64,000 nt of DNA, from positions 59,481-123,480 of the forward strand of contig NIVC01003044.1 of the NCBI GenBank assembly GCA_002269645.1, given 5' to 3'. Shown in pieces: positions 1 through 12,776 of this stretch. The notes under the pieces were generated by a model, which saw only the letters and a program-made list of their open reading frames with translations, had not been told where the DNA came from and did not search any database. Position 1 is the stretch's first letter. Each line of letters begins with the position of its first letter. The translations under genes were made by a program, and so were the position numbers. Source of the stretch: Macrostomum lignano (lineage: Eukaryota).

Positions 1-2465
1 AAAATTATCTCTGGGATCTAGGATTTTATAATTGGGGATCAAATTGTCTCTGGGATCTAGGATTTTATAATTGGGGATCAAATTATCTCTGGGATCTAGG
101 ATTTTATAATTGGGGATCAAATTATCTCTGGGATCTAGGATTTTATAATTGGGGATCAAATTATCTCTGGGATCTAGGATTTTATAATTAGAGATCAAAT
201 TATCTAGGATCGAGGATTTCATAATTGGGAATCAAATTATCTGGGATCGAGGATTTCATAATTGGGAATCAAATTATCTGGGATCTAGGATTTTATAATT
301 GGGGATAAAATTATCTCTGGGATCTAGGATTTTATAATTGGGGATCAAATTATCTCTGGGATCTAGGATTTTAAAATTGGGGATCAAAGCATCTCTGGGA
401 TCTAGGATTTTATAATTGGGGATCAAAGCATCTCTGGGATCTAGGATTTTATAATTAGAGATCAAATTATCTAGGATCGAGGATTTTATAATTGGGGATT
501 AAATTATCTCTGGGATCTAGGATTTTATAATTGGGGATAAAATTATCTCTGGGATCTAGGATTTTATAATTGGGGATCAAATTGTCTCTGGGATCTAGGA
601 TTTTATAATTGGGGATCAAATTATCTCTGGGATCTAGGATTTTATAATTGGGGATCAAATTATCTCTGGGATCTAGGATTTTATAATTGGGGATCAAATT
701 ATCTCTGGGATCTAGGATTTTATAATTAGAGATCAAATTATCTAGGATCGAGGATTTCATAATTGGGAATCAAATTATCTGGGATCGAGGATTTCATAAT
801 TGGGAATCAAATTATCTGGGATCTAGGATTTTATAATTGGGGATAAAATTATCTCTGGGATCTAGGATTTTATAATTGGGGATCAAATTATCTCTGGGAT
901 CTAGGATTTTAAAATTGGGGATCAAAGCATCTCTGGGATCTAGGATTTTATAATTGGGGATCAAAGCATCTCTGGGATCGGGGATTTCATAATTGGGGAT
1001 CAAAGCATCTCTGGGATCTAGGATTTTATAATTGGGGATCAAATTATCTCTGGGATCAAGGATTTTATAATTGGGGATCAAAGCATCTCTGGGATCTAGG
1101 ATTCTATAATTGGGGATTAAATTATCTCTGGGATCTAGGATTTTATAATTGGGGATCAAATTATCTCTGTGATTTTGGATTTCATAATTAGGGATCAAAT
1201 TATCTGGGATCTAGGATTTCATAATTAGGGATCAAATTATCTGGGATCTAGGATTTCATAATTAGGGATCAAATTATCTGGGATCTAGGATTTCATAATT
1301 AGGGATCAAATTATCTGGGATCTAGGATTTCATAATTGGGGATCAAATTATCTCTGTGATTTTGTATTTCATAATTAGGGATCAAATTATCTGGGATCTA
1401 GGATTTCATAATTAGGGATCAAATTATCTGGGATCTAGGATTTCATAATTAGGGATCAAATTATCTGGGATCTAGGATTTCATAATTAGGGATCAAATTA
1501 TCTGGGATCTAGGATTTCATAATTGGGGATCAAATTATCTCTGTGATTTTGGATTTCATAATTAGGGATCAAATTATCTGGGATCTAGGATTTCATAATT
1601 AGGGATCAAATTATCTGGGATCTAGGATTTCACAATTAGGGATCAAATTATCTGGGATCTAGGATTTTATAATTGGGGATCAAATTATCTCTGTGATTTT
1701 GGATTTCATAATTAGGGATCAAATTATCTGGGATCTAGGATTTCATAATTAGGGATCAAATTATCTGGGATCTAGGATTTCATAATTAGGGATCAAATTA
1801 TCTGGGATCTAGGATTTCATAATTAGGGATCAAATTATCTGGGATCTAGGATTTTATAATTGGGGATCAAATTATCTCTGTGATTTTGGATTTCATAATT
1901 AGGGATCAAATTATCTGGGATCAAATTATCTGGGATCTAGGATTTCATAATTAGGGATCAAATTATCTGGGATCTAGGATTTCATAATTGGGGATCAAAT
2001 TATCTGGGATCTAGGATTTCATAATTAGGGATCAAATTATCTCTGTGATTTTGGATTTCATAATTAGGGATCAAATTATCTAGGATCTAGGATTTCATAA
2101 TTAGGGATCAAATTATCTGGGATCTAGGATTTCATAATTAGGGATCAAATTATCTGGGATCTAGGATTTCATAATTAGGGATCAAATTATCTGGGATCTA
2201 GGATTTTATAATTGGGGATCAAATTATCTCTGTGATTTTGGATTTCATAATTAGGGATCAAATTATCTGGGATCTAGGATTTCATAATTAGGGATCAAAT
2301 TATCTGGGATCTAGGATTTCATAATTGGGGATCGGATTATCTGGTATCGGGGATTTCATAATTGGGGATAAAATTATCTGGGATCGGGGATTTCATAATT
2401 GGGGATAAAATTATCTTTGTGATCTGGGATTTCATAGTTAGGGATCAACTTATCGGGGAACCTGG
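1..2465. repeat. Minisatellite, 39-bp unit (GGGATCTAGGATTTTATAATTGGGGATCAAATTATCTCT) switching to a 37-bp variant near 1200
   Basis: Direct tandem copies; the NLIPNYKILDPRD ORFs have a 13-aa (39-nt) period; probably intronic, upstream of the exon at ~2515. Confidence 0.95.
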
Positions 2466-2514
2466 GATTTAATAGTATTTTTTGTAGATTAAATTAAAAT
2501 CTTTATTTTTTTAG

Positions 2515-5500
2515 AAATAAAGAAACATCTTCGAAATGCTGCCTCGTGTTATTTTGCGCACTTTTGTCCGTCATGTCAGCTGATAATTTCTCCACTCTCT
2601 CCTTCCCTCTTCATCCCCGCCTCCTCTCCAACCCTGCTCTGTGTCTCTGCCACTGCCCCCGCCCGCGCACCACGAACATAGACCCAACTCCGCTACCGGT
2701 AGCTCCAATGGGCAGCCTGACAAATCGAAGTCAGCATCACCAGCAGCATCATCCGTTTCGTCGCGACTCCGAGCGAAGCCTCGGTTCGACGTCGTTCGCC
2801 TCGTCAACGGCAGCAACCAGCGGCGCCGGCCACACAGAGCCGGGCACGCCTACTAACTTCGATTCTGCTGGGGCGGGAGGAAAATTTTCTACGAAAAGTT
2901 TCCACACGGATCTGTACGACACGGCGTTCACGTTGCACGCCCTACGCAGTAACGGTGTTGCCGCAGCAGCTGATGCTGCCGCCACTGCATCCTCAGTTAA
3001 TACCGAAGCTCACCAGCATCGGCCTCATCCACAGCAGCATCAGCATCATCGATTAGATCGATCCCTAGGCAGATTAGATCGACCATTGACCACCGCTACT
3101 GTGCCATCATCGGCTGCGGCAACTGCGACAGGAACCGCTACTCACGATTTTGTTAAACAAGCTCGAAGCATATTTGAAGGGCATTTATTAAAATCCGCCT
3201 CGTTAGGCGCGGCTACTAATAGTAGTAGCGGTAATAGCCCGGCTGGCACTAATGTGGATAGTCCGAGACTCACCAGATTTAAAGGTTCTTAATTTATTAT
3301 ATTTTTTCTGTGTTTCCTTTTCTTTCAGTTCTATACCTTCCTTTGTTGTTTCTCGCTCAAATGCTTATCGTTGTTACAGGGTTTAAAGGATCACTTGAGA
3401 CATTAGGTGTCAGTGGCTGACATTGAGTGTCATGATATTGGGTTTCTGAGAGTGCCATTGAGTGCCAGAGTGACATTGAGTGTGATGGAGGAATATTGGG
3501 TTTTTGAGAGTGTCAGAGAGTGACATTGAGTGTCAGAGAGTGACATTGAGTGTCAGAGAGTGACATTGAGTGTCAGAGAGTGACATTCAGTGTCAGAGTG
3601 ACATTGAGTGTCAGAGAGTGACACTCAGTGTCAGAGAGTGACACTCAGTGTCAGAGAGTGACATTCAGTGTCAGAGAGTGACATTCAGTGTCAGAGAGTG
3701 ACATTGAGTGTCAGAGAGTGACATTCAGTGTCAGAGAGTGACATTCAGTGTCAGAGAGTGACATTCAGTGTCAGAGAGTGACATTCAGTGTCAGAGAGTG
3801 ATATTGAGTGTTAGAGAGTGATATTGAGTGTCAGAAAGTGATATTGAGTGTCAGAGAGTGACATTCAGTGTCAGAGAGTGACATTGAGTGTCAGAGAGTG
3901 ACATTCAGTGTCAGAGAGTGACATTGAGTGTCAGAGAGTGACATTGAGTGTCAGAAAGTGATATTGAGTGTCAGAGAGTGACATTCAGTGTCAGAGAGTG
4001 ACATTGAGTGTCAGAGAGTGATATTCAGTGTCAGAGAGTGACATTCAGTGTCAGAGAGTGATATTGAGTGTCAGAGAGTGACATTCAGTGTCAGAGAGTG
4101 ACATTCAGTGTCAGAGTGACATTGAGTGTCAGAGAGTGACACTCAGTGTCAGAGAGTGACATTCAGCGTCAGAGAGTGACATTCAGTGTCAGAGAGTGAC
4201 ATTCAGTGTCAGAGAGTGACATTCAGTGTCAGAGAGTGACATTCAGTGTCAGAGAGTGACATTCAGTGTTAGAGAGTGATATTGAGTGCCAGAAAGTGAT
4301 ATTGAGTGTCAGAGAGTGACATTGAGTGTCAGAGAGTGACATTCAGTGTCAGAGAGTGACATTGAGTGTCAAAGAGCGATATTATGTGTCAGTTTTACGA
4401 CTTTAGATGTCAACTGACAATGTTCGACGTCAGAGATGCAAATTAAATAGCTGTTCTGAGGGCTCGTCTATTATTTTTCTCTTTCTTTATCTAGACACAA
4501 GTCCGTATCGTTGTGCCTTTAAGACTGCCGTCTTTGATGTTGTGAATTGGTTTAATTTTTGTAGCTAGATGTCTGAACCTTGCATTATTACTCGTAATAA
4601 ATCGCATTTGGCAGACTTGCATCTAAGCTATCTTGTGTTTTGCTTTGGCTTAGGTAGAAGCTGTTTAATTATCTCTTTGTTTTCCTTTACTTTTCATAGT
4701 TCATTCGCCTATGTGAAATCAAGAGCTTCCATCTAACTAACATGAGAGAGGCCTTCAGATAATATCCTTTATCATCGCCAACCCCCTATCCACCTCACTT
4801 CACACCCACCCGAATTCACCCCACTCTAAACCCACCCCAATCCACCCCACTCCACACCCACCCGAATCCACCCCACTCCACACCCACCCCAATCCACCCC
4901 ACTCCACACCCACCCCAATCCACCCCACTCCACACCCACCCCTATCCACCCCACTTCACACCCACCCCTATCCACCCCACTTCACACCCACCCCAATCCA
5001 CCCCACTCCACACCCACCCCTATCCACCCCACTTCACACCCACCCGAATCCACCCCACTCCACACCCACCCCAATCCACCCCACTCCACACCCACCCCTA
5101 TCCACCCCACTTCACACCCACCCGAATCCACCCCACTCCACACCCACCCCAATCCACCCCACTTCGCACCCACCCGAATCCACCCCACTCCACACCCACC
5201 CCAATCCACCCCACTTCACACCCACCCCACTCCACACCCACCCCTATCCACTCCACTCCACATCCACCCACTCCACACCCACCCCTATCCACCCCATTTC
5301 ACACCCACCCCACTGTACACCCACCCCTATCCATTCCACTTCACACCCACCCGAATCCACCCCACTCCACACCCACCCCAATCCACCCCACTTCACACCC
5401 ACCCGAATCCACCCCACTCCACACCCACCCCACTGTACACCCACCCCTATCCACCCCACTCCACACCCACCCGAATCCACCCCTCTCCACACCCACCCCA

Positions 5501-8500
5501 ATCCACCCCACTTCACACCCACCCCACTCCACACCCACCCCTATCCACCTCACTCCACAACCACTCCACCCCACCTCACTTCACCCCAACCCACTCGACC
5601 CACCCCACCCTACTCCACCCCATCTCACTCCACCCCAACCACCCCATCTCACTCCACACTAAGCACTATTGCTTGTATTACTAATATATTAGTGACCCAG
5701 TCAGTACTTGCCTGTGCAAACAAACCGCTTATTTTCTTTTCTTTGATTTTTGAGCTTCTTTGGCACCCGGTGACCCAACATTCCACTTATAACACACCAC
5801 TTATATTGCTTTCATTGCCAGTGGCATTAGTAGAGCGCTTGCTGGCTTGTAACGAGCTGCTATTTTCTTGGCTTAGTTTCGAATGCAACAAAGAATGAGA
5901 AAATTTACTGAATAAATTTCTACGCCAGATCTGCGATCGCCTCCATCAGACTTCGCTGTCAATTCGCAACAACAAAGACTGCGCTCGATGAGCAGCGTTA
6001 ACTATAGCGGCGGCAGCGGCGGTCACAGTGCCTTCGGTATAGCGCAGGGCTGGCACAAGTCTTTGTTTAGATATTGTGTTGTTATTTATTACCAAGTACC
6101 TATTAACCTATTCGTCTTGTTGTGTCGTAGTCTTTGTCTACTGTAATTTTTTATGATTTTTTGAAACTAATAATCTGAATTTTATATGAGGACAAATTTT
6201 TTTTAAGCTCCTTGTCATTTCTTGAGGGCAATTAATATGATCCAATTTTTTTGGCTTATTGTCGGTTGCTGCCGTTTGGCTGCTGCTGCGGGGATGGTGG
6301 GTGCTGTGGGGGGTGTTTGGTGGGTGCTGTGGGGGTGTTTGATGGGTGCTGTGGGAGTGTTTGGTGGGTGCTGTGGGGGTGTTTGGTGGGTGCTGTGGTG
6401 GTGTTTGGTGGGTGCTGTGGGGGTGTTTGGTGGGTGCTGTGGGGGTGTTTGGTGGGTGCTGTGGGGGTGTTTGGTGGGTGCTGTAAGGTTGTGAGTGGGT
6501 GGTGGGTTGGGTGCTGTCGGGATTGTTATGGGGGGTGCTACTGAGGTGGTATGTGCTGTGGAAGTGGTGGGTGGGTGCTGTGAGGTTGTGAGTGGGTTCT
6601 GCTGGGGTGGTGGGTGCTGTGGGGTAATATCATGTAATAGATTTGAATTTGCCTAAATTCTAAATTTCCAATGTATTTAAATTCGTGTCGTGTCAAAAGG
6701 AAAACATATTTTTTTTATAATTTGCATGTACTTTTCCCGCATATAATATTACTAGTATAGTTTTATTACTAACCTGGCTACTATTCGTTGTAATACCTTT
6801 TCCTGTTTATATCAATAATCGCATTATTTAATAGCATCGTTTGCACCCGCCCTTGCAGAGCCCAAGTTCATGAATTTGCCTAGCAACTTGTCCATTCCGC
6901 CGGCGCAGTCGCCAACAAGCGAGTCTGCAGCGTCAGCAGCCGCCACTTTAGCTTCGTTCGTTCGTCCAGCGGCTGTGCTGGCCGCTCTGGACAGTCCAGA
7001 CGGGGCCAGCCGCTCTCCTGCCGCTGTTGCCGAGTAAGTTCTGGGGGTGTACTTTTATGTGCTAATTACTCTACTCACTAAAGTAGTATTAAGTAGTATG
7101 TTATGCTAATGTCCTCTCTTTGTTTTGCTTATAGTTTCAATTTTTATGTTGTGAGTGAAGCTTTCCTATCGTGCTTTCGATGGTTGCGTTTTGTTCAATC
7201 ATTAATTAAATCGTCGATTCTCGAAGACTATAAAATGATGAAATAGAATCCAAGACACATTCTTGAAATTTGTGAGTCTGAAATCTTCCCTCCCCTTTAG
7301 GGGGCCAAATGGCTAGTCCTATATACTAAAATTTACCGTTTTAAGCCTAATTTGCATTTTACTAACAATAAATTATAAATCGCGACCAATTTGCAGAAAT
7401 GGTCATATAAATCTATTTACTACATTGTTAAAAGCAACAAGCAGCTTTAGAAGAAAGTTGAGGTCTGTTCATTAAAGTTTGAGAAAATTATTTTTGTTTT
7501 CATTAGTGTTAAGTGTACTACTGACAAGTAACATGCTGTGTTTTCAATAGAATTTTCTAATGATTTAAATTCTATTCAAGCGTGCTAAACATTAGAAGCA
7601 ATATTTAAGAAATCGATCCTACCTTATTGTTTAACTAATAACTCTTTCTAACTGTTAGGATTGATTTGTGGGTTTGTTAATTAATACAATCTAATGACTC
7701 AATATTCCAGTGTCTCACAGCCTTCGTCTGATTTCTTTACTTCAGTAAGCCGACTTGTGCTTATTTTCGTTTAAAAAAAAATTTTTTTAATTTTCTTACC
7801 CTAGTTATAAATCTTGGTATTTTGCTGTGCCATTGCTATGACTGTTCACTGTCTGAACTTTGATAACGTGCTTGCTGACTGCGTTTGTGACCTAAATTCC
7901 GTTTTGGTTTTTAGTTCTGCTTGTGACAAAAAAGCATGCAAAAAATCCCCGTTGGTTGCTAATCCCCTGTGAGTCACTGGGATGCTAATCCCCTTTCATT
8001 CACTGCTGATCCCCTGTCAGTCACTGGGATGCTAATCCCCTGTCATTCACTGCTGATCCCCTGTCAGTCACAGATGCTAATCCCCTGTCATTCACTGCTG
8101 ATCCCCTGTCAGTCACTGGGACGCTAATCCCCTGTCAGTCACTGGGATGCTAATCCCCTGTCAGTCACTGGGATGCTAATCCCCTGTCAGTCACTGAGAT
8201 GCTAATCCCCTGTCAGTCACTGGGGTGCAAATCCCCTGTCAGTCACTGGGATGCTAATCCCCTGTCAGTCACTGGGTGCTAATCCCCTGTCAGTCACTGG
8301 GGTGCTAATTCCCTGTCAGTCACTGGGGTGCTAATCCCCTGTCAGTCACTGGGGTGCTAATTCCCTGTCAGTCACTGGTGTGCTAATTCCCTGTCAGTCA
8401 CTGGGGTGCTAATTCCCTGTCAGTCACTGGGACGCTAATTCCCTGTCAGTCACTGGGGTGCTAATCGGGTGCTAATCCCCTGTCAGTCACTGGGTGCTAA

Positions 8501-10679
8501 TCCCCTGTCAGTCACTGGGTGCTAATCCCCTGTCAGTCACTGGGTGCTAATTCCCTGTCAGTCACAGGGTGCTAATTCCCTGTCAGTCACTGAGATGCTA
8601 ATTTCCTGTGCGGCACTTCTAAAAGACGCAAGTTTCAGCATTTCTTGTGATTGTATGCGTGTCACCGGATTAAAATTGCTAGTAGTTTTTGAAACAATTT
8701 TTAACTTGGTATGTTAACTGATAACAGTAGTATGCTTATTGCAACATAAATTAGTTGTGTACAAATCCATAACTCCCCATATTTCAGTTTATATCGATTG
8801 TTAATGTTAAGGAATAACAAGTTAAAGTCGTTAAAGCCCAGGTCTAGTTGACTTATACTAATTGCTATTCTGCATGCCAAATATGAAATTGAAAATTAAC
8901 TTGGTAATAAAATTCGAAATCTCGTAATAACCGTGCAAATGTGAGACTGATTGCATTTTATGCCCTGCTATGCCTGAAAATCACGATTGTGTTTTCTTCC
9001 CAGAGTCAGTTTAACCCTTGCAATTTAACCCAACCTTCTCGCGTGCTTTTAAATATCCAGGTGATTTTCTATTCAAAACTAACAGTTCTGACCAGTGTGA
9101 TATTAATATTAGCTGACAATGGTATCTGGAATGAATCATTTCTGATGTTAGTTGTCTATTTTGGAAACATTAATTGGCATTCTGGTAACTTCCCTTTCTT
9201 CAACTACTTTATCTTGCCAACACCACACATCCTTTCCTACACTGCCTTCCCCGCACTCTCTTCCCCACACTCCCTTCCCCACACTCCCCTACACTCCCTT
9301 CCCTACACTCCCGTCCCTACACTCCCTTCCCCACACTCCCCTACACTCCCTTCCCTACACTCCCGTCCCTACACTCCCTTCCTACACTCCCTTCCTACAC
9401 TTCCTTCCCTACACTCCCTTCCCTACACTCCCGTCCCTACACTCCCTTCCCCACACTACTCCCGTCCCTACACTCCCTTCCCCACACTACTCCTTTCCCC
9501 AAATTCCCCTCCCCACACTCCCCCAAATTCCCTTCCCTACACTCCTTTCCCTACACTCCCTTCCCTACACTCCCTTCCCTACACTCCCTTCCTACACTCC
9601 CTTCCTACACTTCCGTCCCTACACTCCCTTCCTACACTCCCTTCCCTACATTTCCTTCCTACACTCCCTTCCCTACACTCCCTTCCTACACTCCCTTCCC
9701 TACACTCCCTTCCCTACACTCCCTTCCCTACACTCCATTCCCTACACTCCCGTCCTTACACTCCCTTCCCCACACTACTCCTTTCCCCAAATTCCCCTCC
9801 CCACACTCCCCCAAATTCCCTTCCCTACACTCCCTTCCTACACTCCCTTCCCTACACTCCCTTCCCTACACTCCCTTCCCTACACTCCATTCCCTACACT
9901 CCCGTCCCTACACTCCCTTCCCCACACTACTCCTTTCCCCAAATTCCCCTCCCCACACTCCCCCAAATTCCCTTCCCTACACTCCCTTCCTACACTCCCT
10001 TCCCTACACTCCCTTCTTACACTCCCTTCCTACACTCCCTTCCCTACATTTCCTTCCCTACACTCCCTTCCCTACACTCCCTTGCCTACACTCCCTTCCC
10101 TACACTCCTTTCCCTACATTTCCTTCCTACACTCCCTTCCCTACACTCCCTTGCCTACACTCCCTTCCCTACACTCCCTTGCCTACACTCCCTTCCCTAC
10201 ACTCCTTTCCCTACACTCCCTACACTCCCTTCCCTGCACTTCCCTAAACCCCTTTCCCTAAGGTAAGTATCTTTTTACAAGAGCAGACATTCCATTTGTT
10301 TGCAACACCAATAGTTATTGTTGAACAATAACCTATATAATAATATGCATATTCAATCAAATAAATACAAACTTATTTGCTATATCTGTATTGATATTGT
10401 AGTACACGCTCCCAAGCCGGTTCCGCCGGAGGAACACAGCGGACTCAGCCGCCGCAGTCCCCCGTTCGTCATAAAAAGCTCCAAGCGCCGGTGTCGCCAT
10501 CGCCTCAGCAACCGCAGCAGCAGCAGCAGCAGACACAGCAACATTCTCGCCAAGCTTCAATAGGCGGCAGTGGCAGTTGTAGCTCAACAGAAACTTCTTT
10601 AACTGCAGCAGCCGTAACTAAGCAGCAACCATCAAGCCAGTTGCAACCTGTTGATTCAAATGAGGTCACGAACTTTTAA
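2515..10679 (+). CDS. 3' part of an unidentified spliced gene; Ser/Ala/Gln/His-rich low-complexity protein ending DSNEVTNF*
   Basis: Phase-compatible exons: ~2515 (or a later acceptor at 2681/2704)-3284, 3380-3406, 5929-6036, 6859-7033, 10403-10679. All have AG/GT borders and an open frame. No family motif recognised; the 5' end probably lies left of the window. Confidence 0.6.
3480..4375. repeat. Intronic minisatellite, 20-bp unit GAGTGTCAGAGAGTGACATT
   Basis: Roughly 44 near-identical tandem copies. Confidence 0.95.
4780..5660. repeat. Intronic C-rich minisatellite, ~26-bp unit CCACCCCACTCCACACCCACCCCAAT
   Basis: Tandem copies; G-rich on the minus strand. Confidence 0.95.
6290..6625. repeat. 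Intronic G/T-rich minisatellite, 22-bp unit GGTGGGTGCTGTGGGGGTGTTT
   Basis: Tandem copies that degenerate toward the 3' end. Confidence 0.9.
7955..8610. repeat. Intronic minisatellite, 26-bp unit GCTAATCCCCTGTCAGTCACTGGGAT
   Basis: Tandem copies with period 26 (8101, 8127, 8153). Confidence 0.95.
9245..10255. repeat. Intronic pyrimidine-rich minisatellite, 14-bp unit CCCTACACTCCCTT with higher-order blocks
   Basis: Tandem copies; explains ORFs 8941..10266 and 9152..10261. Confidence 0.95.
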
Positions 10680-11898
10680 AATCTGTTTTATTCTATTTAA
10701 CGGCTGCTGCTGTTGTGTCTCCTTGTTTTTCTGCCTGACGAAATCAAATAAATTTAAAATCAGCTTTTTTCTCTAAATTCTCACTATCCTATTATATATA
10801 CTCTACTATTGCTACTTATTACTCTCCTCGGCAGTAGTGTGTCACCGACCGACAGCTGCAATATTAACAAAGGAACATTTTTTAATAATAGTTTTTCTCT
10901 GTTTCTATGTACATATTATATAATAATAGGTTAATCAGCTTATAAATATTTTTCCTGCTCTTGTCTTTGTTTCTCTATAAATATGTTTATGAGTGATTAA
11001 TCATTGAGGGCCGGTCAATCTGTATAAATATATGAATATATTGAGATTCATCTCTAATCTCCTTGCAAGCCAGATTTGTGATTTGATCTCATTAAGATTT
11101 ACAAAATATTATCTGCAATACGCTTCATTCACGTAATGCTACTAGTTTTTGTGATACAAATTATATAGAGACTGTGTGTCTGAACTTATTTGGCAATCAT
11201 ATACATATATAATGTTAATAATATTGTCACATTTTTCCGTTGGTTAAAAATTTTATCTTGTTGTTATTGTTTGACTGAGTTTGTTTCTGTGTGCTTATAT
11301 TTTGTTTTAATTAAATCAATTAATTCAAATTGGCGCCGGTAATGTACACATATTACATTACTTATTTGGTTAGTGACCAGAATACAGTTATGGATTACCC
11401 TCTGAACAAATCTGATTTCGGGTTGAGGCAATAATCAAGAAACATGCTTACATTGAAATAATCCCTTGCATGCTTTAAATTAAATTTAGTTATTTCCTTG
11501 CAATATCTAGATTAATCGTTGTAACGCAGTGTCCACAGTTTTTTTATTCATGATAGTAAAGCTTTTATTAATATTATTTATTATTAAACTCGCACCGTTA
11601 GTCCCATTTTAAGGTTTCTGTTAATTTTTGCCTCTATATTCACCTCCCTCTGTTTTGTTTCCAATTGTATTACTTATGAGTGTTTATATATAGCAGTTAT
11701 TCACGCATCTAAGCAATTAATGTGCAAATAAAATTCTACCATATATAAATATATATGCGAGCTTTTGTTGGATTATAAAGCGCTTCTAAAATCAAGCATT
11801 TCTGTGAGTTGAATTTGATTTTTTCATTTGCTGATTGTGGTTCTTTAACATAGAAATATCGGATAGCTAATTCAAAGACTGGGTATCTTAGAAAGGTT

Positions 11899-12262
11899 TG
11901 AGGCCATAGACATCACTTCAATCTAGGATTTCGTTTCTTGGAAAGATCCTGAGGCCATAGACATCACTTCAATCTAGGATTTCGTTTCTTGGAAAGGTCC
12001 TGAGGCCATAGATATCACTTCAGTCTAGGATGTCGTTTTTGGAAAGTTCTTGAGGCCATAGACATCACTTCAATCTAGGATTTCGTTTCTTGGAAAGGTC
12101 CTGAGGCCATAGACATCACTTCAATCTAGGATTTCGTTTTTTGGAAATGTCGAGGCCATAGACATCACTTCAATCTAGGATTTCGTTTCTTGGAAAGGTC
12201 CTGAGGCCATAGACATCACTTCAATCTAGGATTTCGTTTCTTGGAAAGGTCCTGAAGCCTTA
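11899..12262. repeat. Intergenic tandem repeat, 51-bp unit, about 7 copies, ~500 bp upstream of ALDH8A1
   Basis: GAGGCCATAG recurs at 11900, 11951, 12002, 12052, 12103, 12153 and 12204. Confidence 0.95.
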
Positions 12263-12776
12263 GACATCACTTCTGTAAGGCTAATACTGTGCTTCTTAGA
12301 AACTTGGTCTTGAACATCAGCGCTCTCCACAGGTCCATAGATGTCTCTTAAAACAAATTCTGAGTTTCCAAGAAAGGCATCGCGCATAAACGGTCGTTTA
12401 AATCTAAGATTTAGTTTGTAAACATGCTTCAACCAAGTGCCTATTCAACTTGAAAAACGAAGGGCGCACATGCATAATACATAGCTGGTACATATGGTCA
12501 ATTTTTTCAACCTAAATTTCCTGTGTATAGTAGCAAGCACTAGAATTGTTAGATAACAAATCACTGCACGTGTCTTATCTAGTAACAATCTCAGTACATT
12601 CTGGAATTGATTGCTGTACAACCCAGTGGGGCGTATAGCTATTGGTCAAGTAGGAAACGGTGCTGCCTCTATAATAGCTTAATTGGGTTCCTATAATTGT
12701 ATGTAATGCTAGCACACTTGGAATTTTTGCAGCCAGCTTAATCAGTGTATAAAAGGCTAGAAAAACAATAAAAACA

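Noticed and set aside
274-1198. NLIPNYKILDPRD repeat ORFs
   Set aside because: Translations of the 39-bp satellite with no start or splice context
8941-10266. 441-aa and 369-aa Pro/Thr/His ORFs, one with a hydrophobic start
   Set aside because: They read through an intronic 14-bp array in two frames at once and lie between phase-matched exons at 7033 and 10403
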